A stretch of 64,000 bases of DNA from the NCBI RefSeq assembly GCF_964204645.1, contig NC_134026.1:19564150-19628149 (forward strand), read 5' to 3'. A program made the translations under genes and the position numbers. The DNA is from Tubulanus polymorphus. Lineage: Eukaryota > Animalia > Nemertea. Below the pieces are notes generated by a model that saw only the letters and a list, made by a program, of their open reading frames with translations, was not told the origin of the DNA and did not search any database. Below, piece by piece: positions 13,075-27,300 of the stretch; position 1 is the first letter of the stretch, and every line of letters begins with the position of its first letter.

Positions 13075-15921
13075 CGTGTATTAGTAACAGCTCCAATTCA
13101 AGTCGAACCGTTTCTGTAAAAGTAAAGACATAGATAATTAGAATAAACATGGTGGTAGGATATAATAGGAATCTATATTAATCCGTCGATATATATATAG
13201 AGATGTAGGCCTAATCTGGCATACGACTGCTATGAGTTTATCTATCATAATTTATTTATTATTATGCATTATTTGCACTTTTCCAATTGCTCAGTGAAGA
13301 AAAGGTAAGAACATCACTTTTCATGTGTATCGTGAATCAATTTAGTTGTTCACTTGTAGAACTTTTATCCAAAATATCCACACACAAAAAGGATAATAAC
13401 AAGTCTTTCCTACACAAGTCTTTAGAAAAAAATGTATTTTCTATTGAAAATTCTTACCTTCTTCGCGTGTGCGCAGATCTGTAACTGAACGGGAGGAAGC
13501 GCGCCACAACCTCAAACAGCAAATTTCTGACACAATCGGAGGACGAAATACTAATAGCAAAAATTGAATGGGAGTTTAATGAACTTTTCATCAACTTTTC
13601 CGCATGAATCGCACCTGGTTCTGGTTCGAGGGGTTTGTTCTCTCGATTTTTAATGACAATCGCAGATATATATAATAAACCCGAACTGCGCCAGGTCAAA
13701 ATGTCTGCAAACATTTTTGATCCATTCATTATATTTCGGGATAATGTGGTTTATTTTGTGGTTCGAATTGTTAATAGGCAAATTAAGGACGTACGCCACC
13801 AACTTTTTCTTGGTATTATATATAATGACAGGTGAATTCGAATATTAATGTTCGACCTTTTTTCTTAGGCCGACTTCGACTTTTATGGGAGTTCAGGCAA
13901 CCTCGAAGTAGTTTCAGACGATCGTAAGTTCAAACCGGCCCGCTTTATCGAATTCAAATTATGTTCGACCCTTATCTGGATTATTTCCAGACAGTCAGTC
14001 TTAAGTTCAAACGGGCCCGCATGATCCCCCTGACCCATAGTTTGACCATTGTTAATATACACTTTGTGCAATTCTTTCAGAGCGTTCGTTTTTAAACCGT
14101 ACAATAAGGCTCTAAGACTAAGTTATTCTATTTAACTTATGTGGTTATTCTATGATTAGTTTGTACATTTTATAAGTTTTTAAGAAGGTTTTTTGCACTT
14201 TTCGGCGACGATATAGTATGTCCCCTTTTAAAAGCTGCCTACGGGCTTGTTGCACGGTCTATCACAGAGTTCGGGACACACACTCGTTTTTGTTGTTGTT
14301 TCCATTGGATTTATTGGTTTTCCTCTTAAAACTATCGCCATCGGATACTTCGGTTAGTAATACATGTCGCCAATGCCCTTGGGTGAAAATTGGTACGAAG
14401 ATGATACAGCGCATGAAAAAACACATATCTATTACTCATAGAGCAGCCGATATATGTTTTTCGGCTATACAACTGATGCAGCGGCGTTGTTTATGGCGCT
14501 CACGCCGTCTGCTAAACAGAAATTAAATTAATCGCAACGCCGATCAAATGCGTTTCTCTTCGCGAATTAATTTGTTTCCGCGCGGACGGTGAAATACTTT
14601 TCAACGAGCGACCTACGAGAAAAATATACGCCGGATCAACCGCGAGGGAAGACGCAATACGGGTCATTAGCGGTGCGACAAATTGCTACAAAAGAGTCTA
14701 GAAACTAATCTGATAGTCCGTCGAGTTGTTGCGACCGACGTGAGTGGACTCCGCGCCGGCTCAAACTGTCGACCATTCATCAACCATTTTCTGTGTTACA
14801 TGCTTATTGTTTCAATCGGTCGGCCAATGTCTCTCGGTGTTAACTGTTCCAAGTGATTGATTTGCTACGATTTCTCGTAAATTAGTCGGCGTGGACATGA
14901 GCCAAATTCTGATTTGGGTAACTGTACAAAAAGCTGATTATCGAACAGCCAACAGTGTAATTGTCAAGGACGTGCGTGGCTGAATATTTGTTTTCCGGGA
15001 ATTTTCGAAAGAAAATTCAGTCATTTGTATTAATTGAGGATATATATATAGGTTTATGTATTCGTTGTATTTACCGCTCATATTCGAATCCCGACGGAAA
15101 GGCCAGTTCGCGGATGTGGGCTAATTGAACATAAATAAATTGACCCATCGCTGTAAACGTTCGCATCGATCCATCTTTTTTGCCATTATCGCCCCAAATA
15201 GCGCGCGCGCCGAGTCATTTGAAATTATGTGTACACACGATCCTAATATTTTGGTGGAACTTAGTTTACACACTTTGATGATGAAGAGATCACTTGTAGC
15301 GACTTGTAGCGACTTAGATGCGATTGAAACCGTGCGTCTTGTAATTGGCGCGCTGCGACGTTGGTGAAGTATGCGTCGTGGCGTTACACACTTGGTAAAA
15401 ATCGAGAACACGCGATATATTTATTACGAAATATATCTCTATATCATATATCGCGCGAAACTCCATTTTCTGGGACGATAACTCTGTCGCGAAATGGCTT
15501 GTTTTGCGGTGGTGCGATATTGCGCATTGTTATCTATTAACCACATATGTACCATAAAACTCCTTTGTCGTCGTATTGATATTCGGGTCGTCGCTTCTTC
15601 GTCGCGGCAAAGAGCACGAAAAAACATCACGCACGAAGTTGTTGATTGTATATTTTTCATGCAGGAATCTAATTAGTAAATTATTCATAAAGCCCTATAA
15701 ACAAGGCCCCGTCTCTCGATGGAAATATATATACCTTAAAAGATCGCCGGTTACGCATATGATATACGCGATTGGAATTTTCTTGTAGAGGATGTTTGCT
15801 GTTCATGCAAGTCTTAGGTTGCGTTTGAAAACGTGCACGGACTGCTCAATAGAGCCCATTCTCTCTTTTCCATCTGACTATTGTTTGAATTTCGTTGATT
15901 TGATTTGCAGATTACTATATT

Positions 15922-16136
15922 CGGAGGCGGATCCAACGGGAGGGTGCAGAGGTGCGCACCCCACTCAAAATGTTAAGGTGCCCTAAGATTTTATGGGAAA
16001 ATGAAAATATTGAACTGATACCGAAAAAAGTTTAAATTAGTTATTTTGTTCTCTGTATTTCCAAAACTGAGATAATGTTTTCCGGTGAGTCTTTTCGGGT
16101 CACCCCTCCCCGAATCGGACCCTAAATCCGCCTCCG
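15922..16136. mobile_element. hAT-like MITE (CAGGGGCGGATCCA family); related copies at about 8486-8690, 34614-34885 and 49887-50110
   Basis: Termini CGGAGGCGGATCCA ... AAATCCGCCTCCG. Other copies start CAGGGGCGGATCCAG or CGGAGGCGGATCCAG. Confidence 0.55.
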
Positions 16137-18865
16137 GATGGTCCAGGAATGTCGACACTTATGTTAAATCCATTGCACATTTCGTCATACATTATTCGGT
16201 TAGATACAGAGCCTATTTATATATAATATATTTGTTTAGCTTGGCCAAGCGGGAGGGAAATACGATTCCCGGTACAAGTTTACAAACTATCGTACAACCC
16301 GTCGATTCCACTTCGGTTACTAATCTAGAGTATGTTCTCGTCTGCGACAAGCGTGCGGTTATTGGCCGCGAGTCGTGATAAACGAGGTTAACTCGGTATT
16401 ACTGGACCCTTTAAGTATTGCTCGTTTCTATCTACGTTTCGAAAAATCCGGCGTTTGGAGAGCACTCGGGACTTGGAAACGGTCGTCCTGTCAAATACAA
16501 TGATCCCACAGCTGCTGCTCGATCAGTTACATATACGTGTTGATTAATTACATGAGGAAATAATGCACGCTCATTCTTGGCGTATAACCATTGACTCCTA
16601 AGTCAGTTTTGACTCAAGTTTTTTTTGGGAATTATGCAAAGTTTCATCAAATATTCATATCGTTAATGCGTCCGCCGCAAATGGGCAATTTTTCAAAACG
16701 ACTTAAGATTTATAAATAATCATATCAAGTTGGAAAATTGAAGTACAAGCTCTATCCAGAAGATAAAGGGGGAAAGAAAATTATGTTTATAGTGTAATTG
16801 ATATCCATAGCCATTTGGCGGATCTAGGGACCCCTGTTAAAGGTAGCACAACTTAGAAAGGGCATAATCCACTAAAAACTTACTGCTTTTGGTATCGCAA
16901 TTCTTAAAGCAATAAATGAAGTGCGTATGCTAAGTGCTTTCTAGAAAATTTGCTGCATTGAGATGTAATTTTCAGGCAATGAAAATAAAATCCTGATTAA
17001 TGGTGTGCTTTTGCCTCGTCTTGTAGATATGTGCCCTTCTCTATACTTTTGCGATTGATAGGGACGACTAAATGTGCCCTTTTTACTTCGGGGATGAAAA
17101 AGGTTAAAAAGGACACGAATTTTTTGCGACGTTGCACGTGCCTACGGTGCGTCATACCTTCGAGCTCGAAAAGAACAAACATCGCCATCATCTTCCGTAC
17201 GCCGAGAGCGAGGATGATTAATCTTATGATGTTTTACCGGTTGTGCGGTTGGGGAAATATTCATGCAGATTTATCATCAGCGAATCTCATCGCCGAAGCG
17301 TATTATCAAAACGCGAGACTTACGACAGACGGTTGTTGGTGTCGCCGTCGGTTATCAAAAGTCTGTACGCGTCGATTGTCTTTTTTTAGTTCTGTCTTGT
17401 TGAATTCGTCTGGTAATATCGAATCCATCGGAATATCGGTATGAAATTGACAACCCGTGATCGATTTCTTCCGCGTCACCTTGCCAAGAGCCTACCAATG
17501 GCATTAGCTTTTTCTAAAAAAAGAAACTTTTTTGTTGTATTTTACAAACAATAATACTTACATAATGAATATCACCACTTGGCGAAATCGCGTTCTTCGT
17601 ATAATGAAAGATATTTTATTCGGAAAATGTGTATAAGATTTTGCATTAAGAGGGTTCACAATTCAGTAAGGCGATGAAATCTCATTTCAAAGTTTCTTAA
17701 GATTCAACTTTTAAAAGAATGCGATGAAATCACTTTCATTATAGTATAGGTCACCTCTGGAGTCCATTCGTGACCGTTAGAGGCTGTGTCATTTTTAAGT
17801 CACGTTTTGATTCTTTGAAAGGCGGCACTTGGTCATTATCTTACCACATCGATAATAATCGCATGTGGAGTTAGGTTACCAAATCGGACGATCGGATCCA
17901 TCAGTGAGTGGCTCATGGGCGGACGTGACTGGTGTCAAATAGAATTTCCATCATTTGAATTTTGTTACCGGTTAAACTCGGTAAGCAGATGGTCTCGAAG
18001 CTACCCACGCTCGCGAAATATGTGTATGTAAAAAATGGTGATTTGTGTGACTTATGTTTTGTGTCGATATTCGAAAGATACGAAGCCAATATATCCTTAT
18101 CAAATAATGCACGACGTCGCGATCTATCCGGACGTTTCACTCGAACTTATATATATATATGAGCAATATCTCTCTGGCAATTACCGATTCTATCTCGAAG
18201 TAAACATGAAAATGTTCGCAAGATTTATCATCGTCTGCGTAGGACAAACAACTTTTCCGCGCGGTCGAAGAATATACCGAGATCTCTCGCGAAGGCGGCA
18301 GCGTCGCTGCCATAGATAAATACCTCCATAAACGGGTACAAACGATCGCTGACATGTTTCAACAAGATCCTGTGACAAAGCGCCAATCCATTATCTACAA
18401 TTTCCAGTCCATTTAGTGCAAGACCCCGGAGACGAAGGTACAGCTTCCGCACAATCTGTCTTGTCGTGAAATTAGTCTTCTGTTTACTAGTGATAAAGAG
18501 TAATGTCCCATCCTGGACATGTGACACATCCAGCGTGAAGTATAGTTCGTATCGATGGCAAGATGATAAATGGTATTTGATACCGATTCGGTTTAATACT
18601 TGTTGAATGCTGATGCAACCTAAATTCTAAATCAGGAGTAGGTTTCTCGTTTTTTAGAAACACATGATGTATACCTTATACACACATGACGCGACAGAAA
18701 CAAAGATTACCGCATTTGATTGAATTAAAAACCATTGGTCTATCATCATTGGGATATGTAATAAGCTTTCATCTTTGGTATATGGTCAGTAGAAATATCG
18801 TTAAAGCTTTATACGGGATGCGGTTCATATAGGAGGCTGCACTGCGGAGGAGCGCCACCGCTACT

Positions 18866-18936
18866 CCTCTTCGACAAGGATTCGAACCTGATGGCATCGC
18901 TAGACTCGGCCACGCCACGAGACCCTACCACACTAG
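18866..18936 (-). mobile_element. tRNA-derived SINE-like head (inverted homolog of 19188-19255)
   Basis: Reverse complement reads CTAGTGTGGTAGGGTCTCGTGGCGTGGCCGAGTCT...CAGGTTCGAATCCT. Confidence 0.5.
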
Positions 18937-19187
18937 ACCGGGTGCTCAGGTACATGCGCAGGTTTGCCTCAGGAAAACTTGCGGCACCAATCAGATTGCC
19001 TGCTGCATAATCGTTGAGGCAAATTTCACGGATAAACTATAAAGGAAAAACCCTGGGCCCAGTTTCACAAAACGTTTGAACTCCTAATTCGATTAAAGAT
19101 AAACTGAATCGATGTAGTAATTAAATCGAGAGTTAACCGTTTTATGAAACTAGGTCCTGGTTAGAATATAACTACATTTCTGATTGG

Positions 19188-19255
19188 CTAGTGTGGCAGG
19201 ATTTCGTGCCGTGGCGAGTCTCGGTACCGTCAGGTTCGAATCCTACCTGGGAAGG
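19188..19255 (+). mobile_element. tRNA-derived SINE-like head
   Basis: CTAGTGTGG...B-box GGTTCGAATCC (19233-19243). It does not fold into a full cloverleaf by eye. Confidence 0.5.
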
Positions 19256-22104
19256 GGCACCGATGCGGAGAATGTTCGTTGACTTGTTGACGAGATGGAT
19301 GCTGAGACCGCCAACTGTAGCCGTTAGACGCTCGTTGAAAGCATGCATCCATCAGCCCGGCTTATAAAAGCTGTCATTTTCTTAAACAAGACGGCAATCG
19401 CCCAATGCAAGTTTGATGCTATCGGATATAGCTTATCGTTATTTGCAGATAAATAAGAATTTCGCGGCAATTTTTCTATAATTTAGACGGGATGCTCGCG
19501 TACGAAATAGATATTCCACCGTCACCGATTCACATGAAATAAAAAAAAAAAGCTAGAGATAGCTCTTCGTTTATGCCGTACTGAAAATCAGTAAAGTTCG
19601 GGATTAAGCGGGCCTTGATCAGACGCGTTTAGGAATACGATTATTTTGTTATCAATACGTACGTGCGTATCAAACAGCTTAAATCAAGAACCGGCTATTT
19701 TTTGGAAATTGGCATGGCAACCAAACGCAATATACCTCATGTTGGCAATCAGTGTGTTAATTAAAATACTTTTTAATTCTCCTGAGTAAAGGCATTCAAG
19801 GACAAATTAAATATGTTATATTGTATCACTATAATCCGTTTAAACTCTATAGGTGAATGGCGAAATCCCATGATGGAAATTTATAAGATAATATCTATGA
19901 AACGAAACCACTTATATTTGAAATGAAACCACCATGCTTGATTTGTGGTTTCATTTTAGTAAATTTCATCGTGTAAATTTCTATTGTTTGACTTCTTCAT
20001 TAGCATTATCGGTAGATACAATAGTTGACCCCTGAATTTAACAACCAACTTACATATTGTTTTATGATTCATCTATACAGCCAACCGTTTTCTAGCGAAC
20101 ATCTCGCCAAAGAAGAATGCTTAATTCCGTCCCTTTGTAATGATAACTTTTTAGGATCGGGTTAACAATAACCAAAACAGGCTCAAAGTTGACGGATATG
20201 TAATGCTGCAGTCGATTAATTTGTATAAAACAAATGTTGTTTAGCGCTTGTGAAATCAATCGTTGTAATGCCTGTGCAAATACGATTTAATTCAACAAAG
20301 AACGGATGCATTTGTGTTTCCACAAAATGAACCACGGGGAAATGCTCGCGAGCTCCGTTATGTCGACGATCGGTTCTTGAGACCCGTTTAAAAACATCTG
20401 GTAAGCAAACAAATTAGTTCCGCTCGCCGTAATACATCACCGATGGCAATATCGGTTCAAACGCGAACCATTCTGCAAGACGAACACAACATTCGGCGAT
20501 AAACAGATCTGGGCCTTAATTGGACCAGAAGCATTTTTTGCGCAGGACTTCTTTGTGAAGTGCGCATTACGTCAGAAACGAAATGAAATATTGCAGCAGA
20601 GACGGGGATCAAATTCTGCAGGGCAAACGAGTTTCTTGTTTCCGTATATGGGATTGGGCCTACATTTGGGCCTACATCCTGTTTTTGAAATACCCTCAAT
20701 CTCTAGGGACTTTATATAAGGTTTTCCAAGTTAGCGTATTAAGATTTATTTCTATACGTTAAGTTTGGCATTTCAACATTTTATCAGCTGATCGATAATA
20801 GGCCTACATTCAATGGTCAAATTTAGCAGAAAAATATGGGTATAAGCTAAAATTGGCATCTGGAACATCGATATATATATAATCTCTCTTGAAATAAATA
20901 AATGGCACAATAGTGCGTCAAACGGTCGATAGTGCGTCGGTTCAAAAAACGTATCAATGCCTATTTTTCGTAACATATCAATAGAGCCTAGATACATAGA
21001 GTGAGGCCAGAAACGAAAGTAATTTAGGAAAGATATCAGTACTTTTTTCTAATAAAAATAATTTTCGATTTAAATTACTGCATCTGGATTTTTGAAAACA
21101 CCATCTATATATATAAATCCGTTTAAGTAGATTAACAAACTATCGTATTTGTTTTGAAACTCGGCTGGTGAGCAATGATTGTCCAAGCCACGTCAACACA
21201 CTTTTTCAATTTAATTCATCATCGGTCGAGATCTAAAATCCTTTTTTCCGATTTCACCGATTCAATCAGTCCGATGGCATTTCCCATCCAATTCGGTAAA
21301 TCTTTTTAGTTGACGTCGACGCCGTCGCGACAATGTAGCACCGGCCGGGCCGAATGTTCCTCGTCGTCAAAAGGATTAGCCTTTTAAGATCGAACTAGCC
21401 ACCCAGTTCCATCGTTAAGTGCACGAAATAATCAGTTTTTGCGAGGGAATTATCGCACTATTTATGAGATCTATAAAAACCAACCCATAAACCTGCTTGC
21501 CGAACTCAACATCCACGCAAACCGCCCAAAATATTGTCGCCCGCTGATAATAAATTTGTATTTTACATCATCTTTCTGTCCTCGGGGAGACGGTTGTAAA
21601 TTATAGCTATGATTCTGCGAGGCGCTACAGACGTCATTCCTACCGTCGCGGTTTGGCTTGTTAGACGTACTTCGCCTTCGGTGCTTTACTTCGGTGATAA
21701 GCGTCTTTCAACAAGCGCATACACGTCCCCGTTCCTTTCAGTAATGCCATCTTCCGACCTGAATGTGTGATAAATCTATAATCACAACTTTCACTCTAAT
21801 TCTCATCCAGCCTCGAGAAACCAACCTCGACATAGCATGGGTGGATAACCTTAGATAAGGATAGATCGTCTCGCGTTCATGATTCTAGCAAGCGCGCATT
21901 ATACGTTTGTTGATTTACGGCAGAAATTCAATCAGGTTTTGATCAGATTCCGAGAATAGAAACGACCGGTTTAACGACTAGAATAAGCTGTTTATTTTAC
22001 ATTCAAGTGATATATATGCTAGACGCAACTTATTTCTTGGTCGTGTACATTGTCGTTTCCTAAACTGTATATACCTCATTTATAGGCCTGAATCAGATTC
22101 ATTT

Positions 22105-22440
22105 GATTTATCACAATGTAACGCTCGACCACTCGAGCGTTTTTAGCCGTTTGCCGTTTTTAGTTTACTCTTCCGGAACAACTGTTATCACGGGTGCCAA
22201 ATGGGCCCGTATCCGTCCAGCCATAAACGTCAGACCAGGCACGATACAATTTTTAACGCGGGTCAAATAATTGCGTGTGAATTGTTACTAGTTCCGGAAG
22301 AGCCTCACTTTGCCTTGTTTAAGCATTGTTTAGTATCGAGTGTGGTTTGCGTGCGAACGCAACTATCTATAATAAGGCACGGGCCAAATTTGACTCGGGC
22401 CTGATCCGTGCCAAGTGATGGTCTCTGTGTGATCGCGGCT
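22105..22440. mobile_element. MITE, same family as 36042-36313 (degenerate left end)
   Basis: CGGGTGCCAAATGGGCCCGT...GGGCCAAATTTGACTCGGGCC...GTGTGATCGCGGCT. Confidence 0.6.
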
Positions 22441-22775
22441 AATTCTCTTTCGATATACGTACAGAAAAAGAATTGATCGATTGAAATGAAATCGAATTTG
22501 ACTTCTCAAACGTATAGAGTCGTTATATTTGAAACATAGACAAATGAATGATACATACTTGATTCTATGACTGGCTGAATCGACAAATTCAAAATGTAAC
22601 GATTTCGTATATATATTTGTGTTTCGTTGCTGATAACACCTGTTGCGTACTCAAAACGGAAAGAACATGCAATATTGAATATTCATTGAGATTCAATATT
22701 TGGTTACACGCTTAAAATGATTAACATTTTGTTTATGTAAGTGCGTTTGCCACATGGTCGATAGTAATTTATTCG

Positions 22776-23075
22776 AAGATATGATGATAGATAGTTTTTT
22801 CTACGTAATGTAGTGCTCGATTTGCAATCATGACTTATAGCCAAAAAAGGCGAACTTAGATTTTCAGTTTCAATCGTAGAAACGGTGCCAGTATACCAAG
22901 ATTAAAGTCTGTTATTGTGTGAACAGTTATTCTTTCAAAGATATGATGATAGATAGTCTTTTGTACATGTAGTGGCCGATTTACAAAAATGATGACTTAT
23001 TCCCAAAAATGCGAACTTACATCTACAGTTCCGACAGTGGAAACGGTTCCATTAAAGACTTAAGTCCGTGATTGG
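22776..23075. repeat. Diverged tandem duplication of an about-160-bp unit upstream of the K2P acceptor
   Basis: AAGATATGATGATAGATAGT...TGTAGTG...GATTT...TGACTTAT..CCAAAAA..GCGAACTTA...GAAACGGT occurs twice. Confidence 0.8.
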
Positions 23076-23233
23076 CATTCAATGATCTTAATTTGCATAT
23101 ATTGATTAAAGGAAGGAAATGAGCTTTGTTCTCGGTTTTATCTATGTAACATTCGAGAGAGTGAGCGAACAACCAAAAAGATTTTAGTTTTCAACTATTT
23201 CAACGATGGAGATGGCTCTGTTTTCTTTTTTAG

Positions 23234-24348
23234 GATATGGACATATTACTCCGAAAACGGCGACAGGACGCGTGGCTACGATTTTCTACGCCTTAATCGG
23301 GATCCCGTTGACGTTACTCTGTCTGGCGAACATAGGCGGACTGATGGCGGATATATTTCGCTTTTTGTACAAGAACGTCTGTTGCGGTTTGTGTTGCGTT
23401 CCGTGCAAGGGCAAAGGCGCCGAGTTCTCCAAACCGAAACACAAACGCAAAAATACGAAACGAGTCGTCAAACAACGGACGGAAACGATCAATAAGAAAA
23501 AGAACAACCCGAAAACGAAGCCCGCAGAAGCGGAAAAAGAGAAAAACAAAAAGATGTTTCGGTTAACGTTTTCGAACAAAAACGGAAAACCGTCGAATAG
23601 CACAACTTCGCCGTCGTTAACGTCTCCCTCACTGTCATCTCAGCCACCCCCTCTTTACTCAACTATCTGTCCACCTTCGCCCACCGTAACTGCCATATCG
23701 TCAAATGACTTGCCGCAATCGCCAGAACCGATTGATACGGTAGAGGGCAGGTTCGACGACTCGCAGGTAGTACCGATTGCCACAACACCGCTCAACGAAA
23801 ATACGGTTACCGTCATAGTCGACGATGACGACCCCGACAATATATTCGAAGAAGCTGACGACGATGACGTCGTCGACGTCGATAGCAGTTCGAAGACTGA
23901 TCCCGACGAAAAAGTGACGGTTCCGATTTCGCTTTGCGTCTTACTAATGGCAGGGTACATATTCAGTGGTGCGATGCTCTTCTCGCTGTGGGAGAAATGG
24001 GACTACTTGGAGGGCTCGTACTTTTGCTTTATAACTCTGAGCACGATTGGTTTCGGCGATTTTGTTCCTGGCGCTAACGTAGATTCCTGGTCCTCACAGG
24101 AGAAGCAGGTTTTGTGTACGATGTATCTTTTGTTCGGTTTAGCATTTATAGCAATGTGTTTCGAATTGATGCAAGAGGAGGTGAGGGCGAAGTTCAGGTG
24201 GTTGGGCAGAAAAATAGGCCTCGTCAGTAAACGAAATAAAAAACTTGCCAATAAAAATAAACGAAAAAGTAGAAAATCAAAAAAGGTGAAATCTGAAGCC
24301 AATTCCGATTCAGAATCAAAGCATTCCGTTAATGTTGATCGCCAATAA
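23234..24348 (+). CDS. Terminal coding exon of a two-pore-domain potassium channel (K2P, TWIK/TWK-18-like); 5' partial
   Basis: Acceptor TTTTCTTTTTTAG| is followed by (G)YGHITPKTATGRVATIFYALIGIPLTLLCL (end of pore 1 plus M2), a long cytoplasmic loop, M3 VPISLCVLLMAGYIFSGAMLFSLWE, pore 2 YFCFITLSTIGFGDFVPG, M4, and a stop at 24348. The ORF-track start at 23206 is intronic. Confidence 0.93.
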
Positions 24349-27300
24349 CGAACTTGCAAGACAAATTGCGTTCTTACTATATTCACGTTCCCGTTGAACC
24401 TTTTTTTTTAAATTCGAATGGAAAAACTACATTCATATTACTGTTTGTGATCTCTCATTCCGACCAGTTCTTTTTCGGCGTTCTCTTACCACACGAATAA
24501 TGATGCAGACGCATTTATAATGATGTGACGTGTAAACGTTTTGCATAATTGATTTTCGAATTTTAAATTTGCTCAAAATCGTTGTGTACAAAATAGTAGA
24601 AGATTCGAAAGCGCCGAGACGTCTTTCACTATAGCCTTCCTTATATGATAAATACATGTATGTTTTATGCGAAATCGTTTGTTAGTACGAGCCTTACATG
24701 ACAAAACGGTACAATATATGGTAATGTCTGTATAGTTAATTAAGTAATATCTTTGCATAATGACCTATGTGTATAATATATATATATATATATATACCAC
24801 GCGTTTCGTATATGAATCGTGACGTTTTGACAAACTGCGTCCCAGATTTTATGACTGGGTTTGCTTTTCTTCGTGATATATTCGCAGAAAATGTGGGGCC
24901 AGTTGCCAGTTGGGTAGAGTTATCCAGTGGATATAGTGACAATTAGACATTCGTTGTTACTATTTATGCGCCGGTTATCTTTAACCAACTTTTGAGCAAC
25001 CGACCCTTGAACTATCTGAAATAGTATGTATCCGTAATATGTGATTATTTTGGGAGAGGACAGGATCGCCTGCCTGTGCGGTGAGATTGTTAGTAACATT
25101 ATGTCGACTGGCAATTGGTAGCCTCATAACCTGGACTTCGCTGTTTCGCCTTTCGTTGTGTATTGTAATCCCCATTGCCTCTGTTTCGTTTATACGGGTC
25201 CTATAACTGTATACCTTCAAAGAGTACTATAAACACAAAACGAATAGTCGACGTAATCGACGTCGTTTGGTCATTCAACCAGAGTTTTTTTTCAAAGTTT
25301 TGATTTGCGCGTATGCAATTTCGTTATGATTTTTCACGCTACTTTTGTAATCGATATTATGAAGATTTTTTCTTTTATTCATCAATGGATGTTGGAAGAT
25401 TTCATCACATCAATACGTTATATGCAATTGTTGAATTAGTCGATAATCTGTGATAATGTTGTGTTGATAAGCAAGTACGACATTTTTGCGTAGAATCAAG
25501 AACCTTCCACTACAACGATTTTACTAGTAAGCCTTTATAATGATGATGTTTTTGAATAATGATAAAATCAAATTACCTCTCCTCAAGCCAAACAATGTAA
25601 GCCAGAAAAATAATTTAGCTTTCAACTTATTTAAGTCAAATTATGTATTTTGTGCTGTGATTTCGTAGTGTTTTTGATATTAGTGTCCTTTATTTCATTG
25701 GTTTGTGGCGTGTGCATTATTCGATATCATATACGTTATAATTGTAATGATGTTTATATAGAAGGATGGTCGAAATTCTACGGACCATAGACTCCGCTCC
25801 GATATCTCGCTAACTCGGGAACCGCTGACGTCTGCGAATTTGACGTCTTCTTTGGAAAGTTTTTTATTTCCTTGGTCGTTTAAACTCGTTGAAACATTTA
25901 CGATTTCTAAGATACGGAGTACTTTGGGCCATTCTTCTAGCATCAATTATGCATCTTATGTTGATTTCACGAAGGTGATTTTATTTGTGTCGATTAGCTA
26001 GAGTAGAACGATTCCGTAGATATTTGTTAATTGTCAGTCCTGATTATGTTCAGTAGCACATGTGTAGTTCCTTGTTTTGTGGTGAATTACCATGTGAGTT
26101 TGTCTTTGAAAGATCGGTTACATGATATAGGTGTGTACATCTTGCGCAAGATGACCCGATAGTAGCTCTTTCAAAGAGCTAGGGATGCACGCCGGTGCCA
26201 GGGCAAAATTGCTGAATGCTTTCTCTCGAGTCGTGCGGTGCTATATACTGCGTCCCTGCGTTCATCGTGTCCCTGCGTTCATCGTGCTTTTATGGTATCA
26301 TCAAACAGACGGATACCCAGTGCCGCATCCTTCCCGGTGGTGCTCTAGGGCGATTCGAACACATCAGTCGGTCTTTTCGTTAGTAATGTTCACGCGGACA
26401 CGCCGGGGGTAAATTGGTGCGTAGGGAGATAACGAATTCGGAGATAATCAACGTGTTGTACGCGCTTCCCATTCCGTTTGGCAGATTCAGCTGTTCAACG
26501 TCGTGAATAGTTCTTTGGCTTCCCGCGTGTGCTCGATATTTTTGTGCGTGTTTCGCATTACGAGACTGTAACAAGAGAGTCCGTAATACGAAGTATCCTT
26601 GATATGCGCCATCGTGTTCTCAATAATTATCACCTTTCCTCTGCCATTCCTCAAGATGATCGTATCAACGAAAATGATACTACGCGATAGCGGTTATCTT
26701 ACCGCGCGGTACCTACCCGTTTATTGGCCGTTTTGCTTTCCACGCGGTAAAGCTTCCGTCGCGCCATGGGATCGAAAAATGGAAAAGTCAGACTCCATAA
26801 TATGCCAGTCCGACAACGATTGGATTATTAGATTTGGAAATGCGACACTCGAGGCAAACAAGTAAGTGGCGATACTTGAAATACATCAAAAGATTTATAG
26901 TAAATAATAAGAAAATAATTCAATTAATTTGAAATTGCTGTTTTAATGGTAAATTTCCATTATAATATAAGTATTCCAGAAAGAGCAATTCTATAAGTTA
27001 AAATTACAAATTTACGTATGCGCAAAAGCTAAACCGTTGATCCATAAGAAATTGTTTTTAAGTGAGCAATTTTGCATTTTTTCAGGAGGGCTGGTTAAAA
27101 TAATCGAATCGTGCGTCGCCCCCGATCTATATATACGCCCCCGTTCATTGTGATGCGTTTCTAGCGATTTATCAATTGTTCATTATTTTTGGTTCGTTGT
27201 CTTTTATGGGGGTTGTTCGTGTGTCCGAGGACGTATGGATACCATTACGCCATAGGCTTATCACACCGGTGAGAACACGGCGTTAAATCCTCCTCTACGT

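Noticed and set aside
18866-19255. Functional tRNA genes
   Set aside because: B boxes are present but there are no complete acceptor or anticodon stems.
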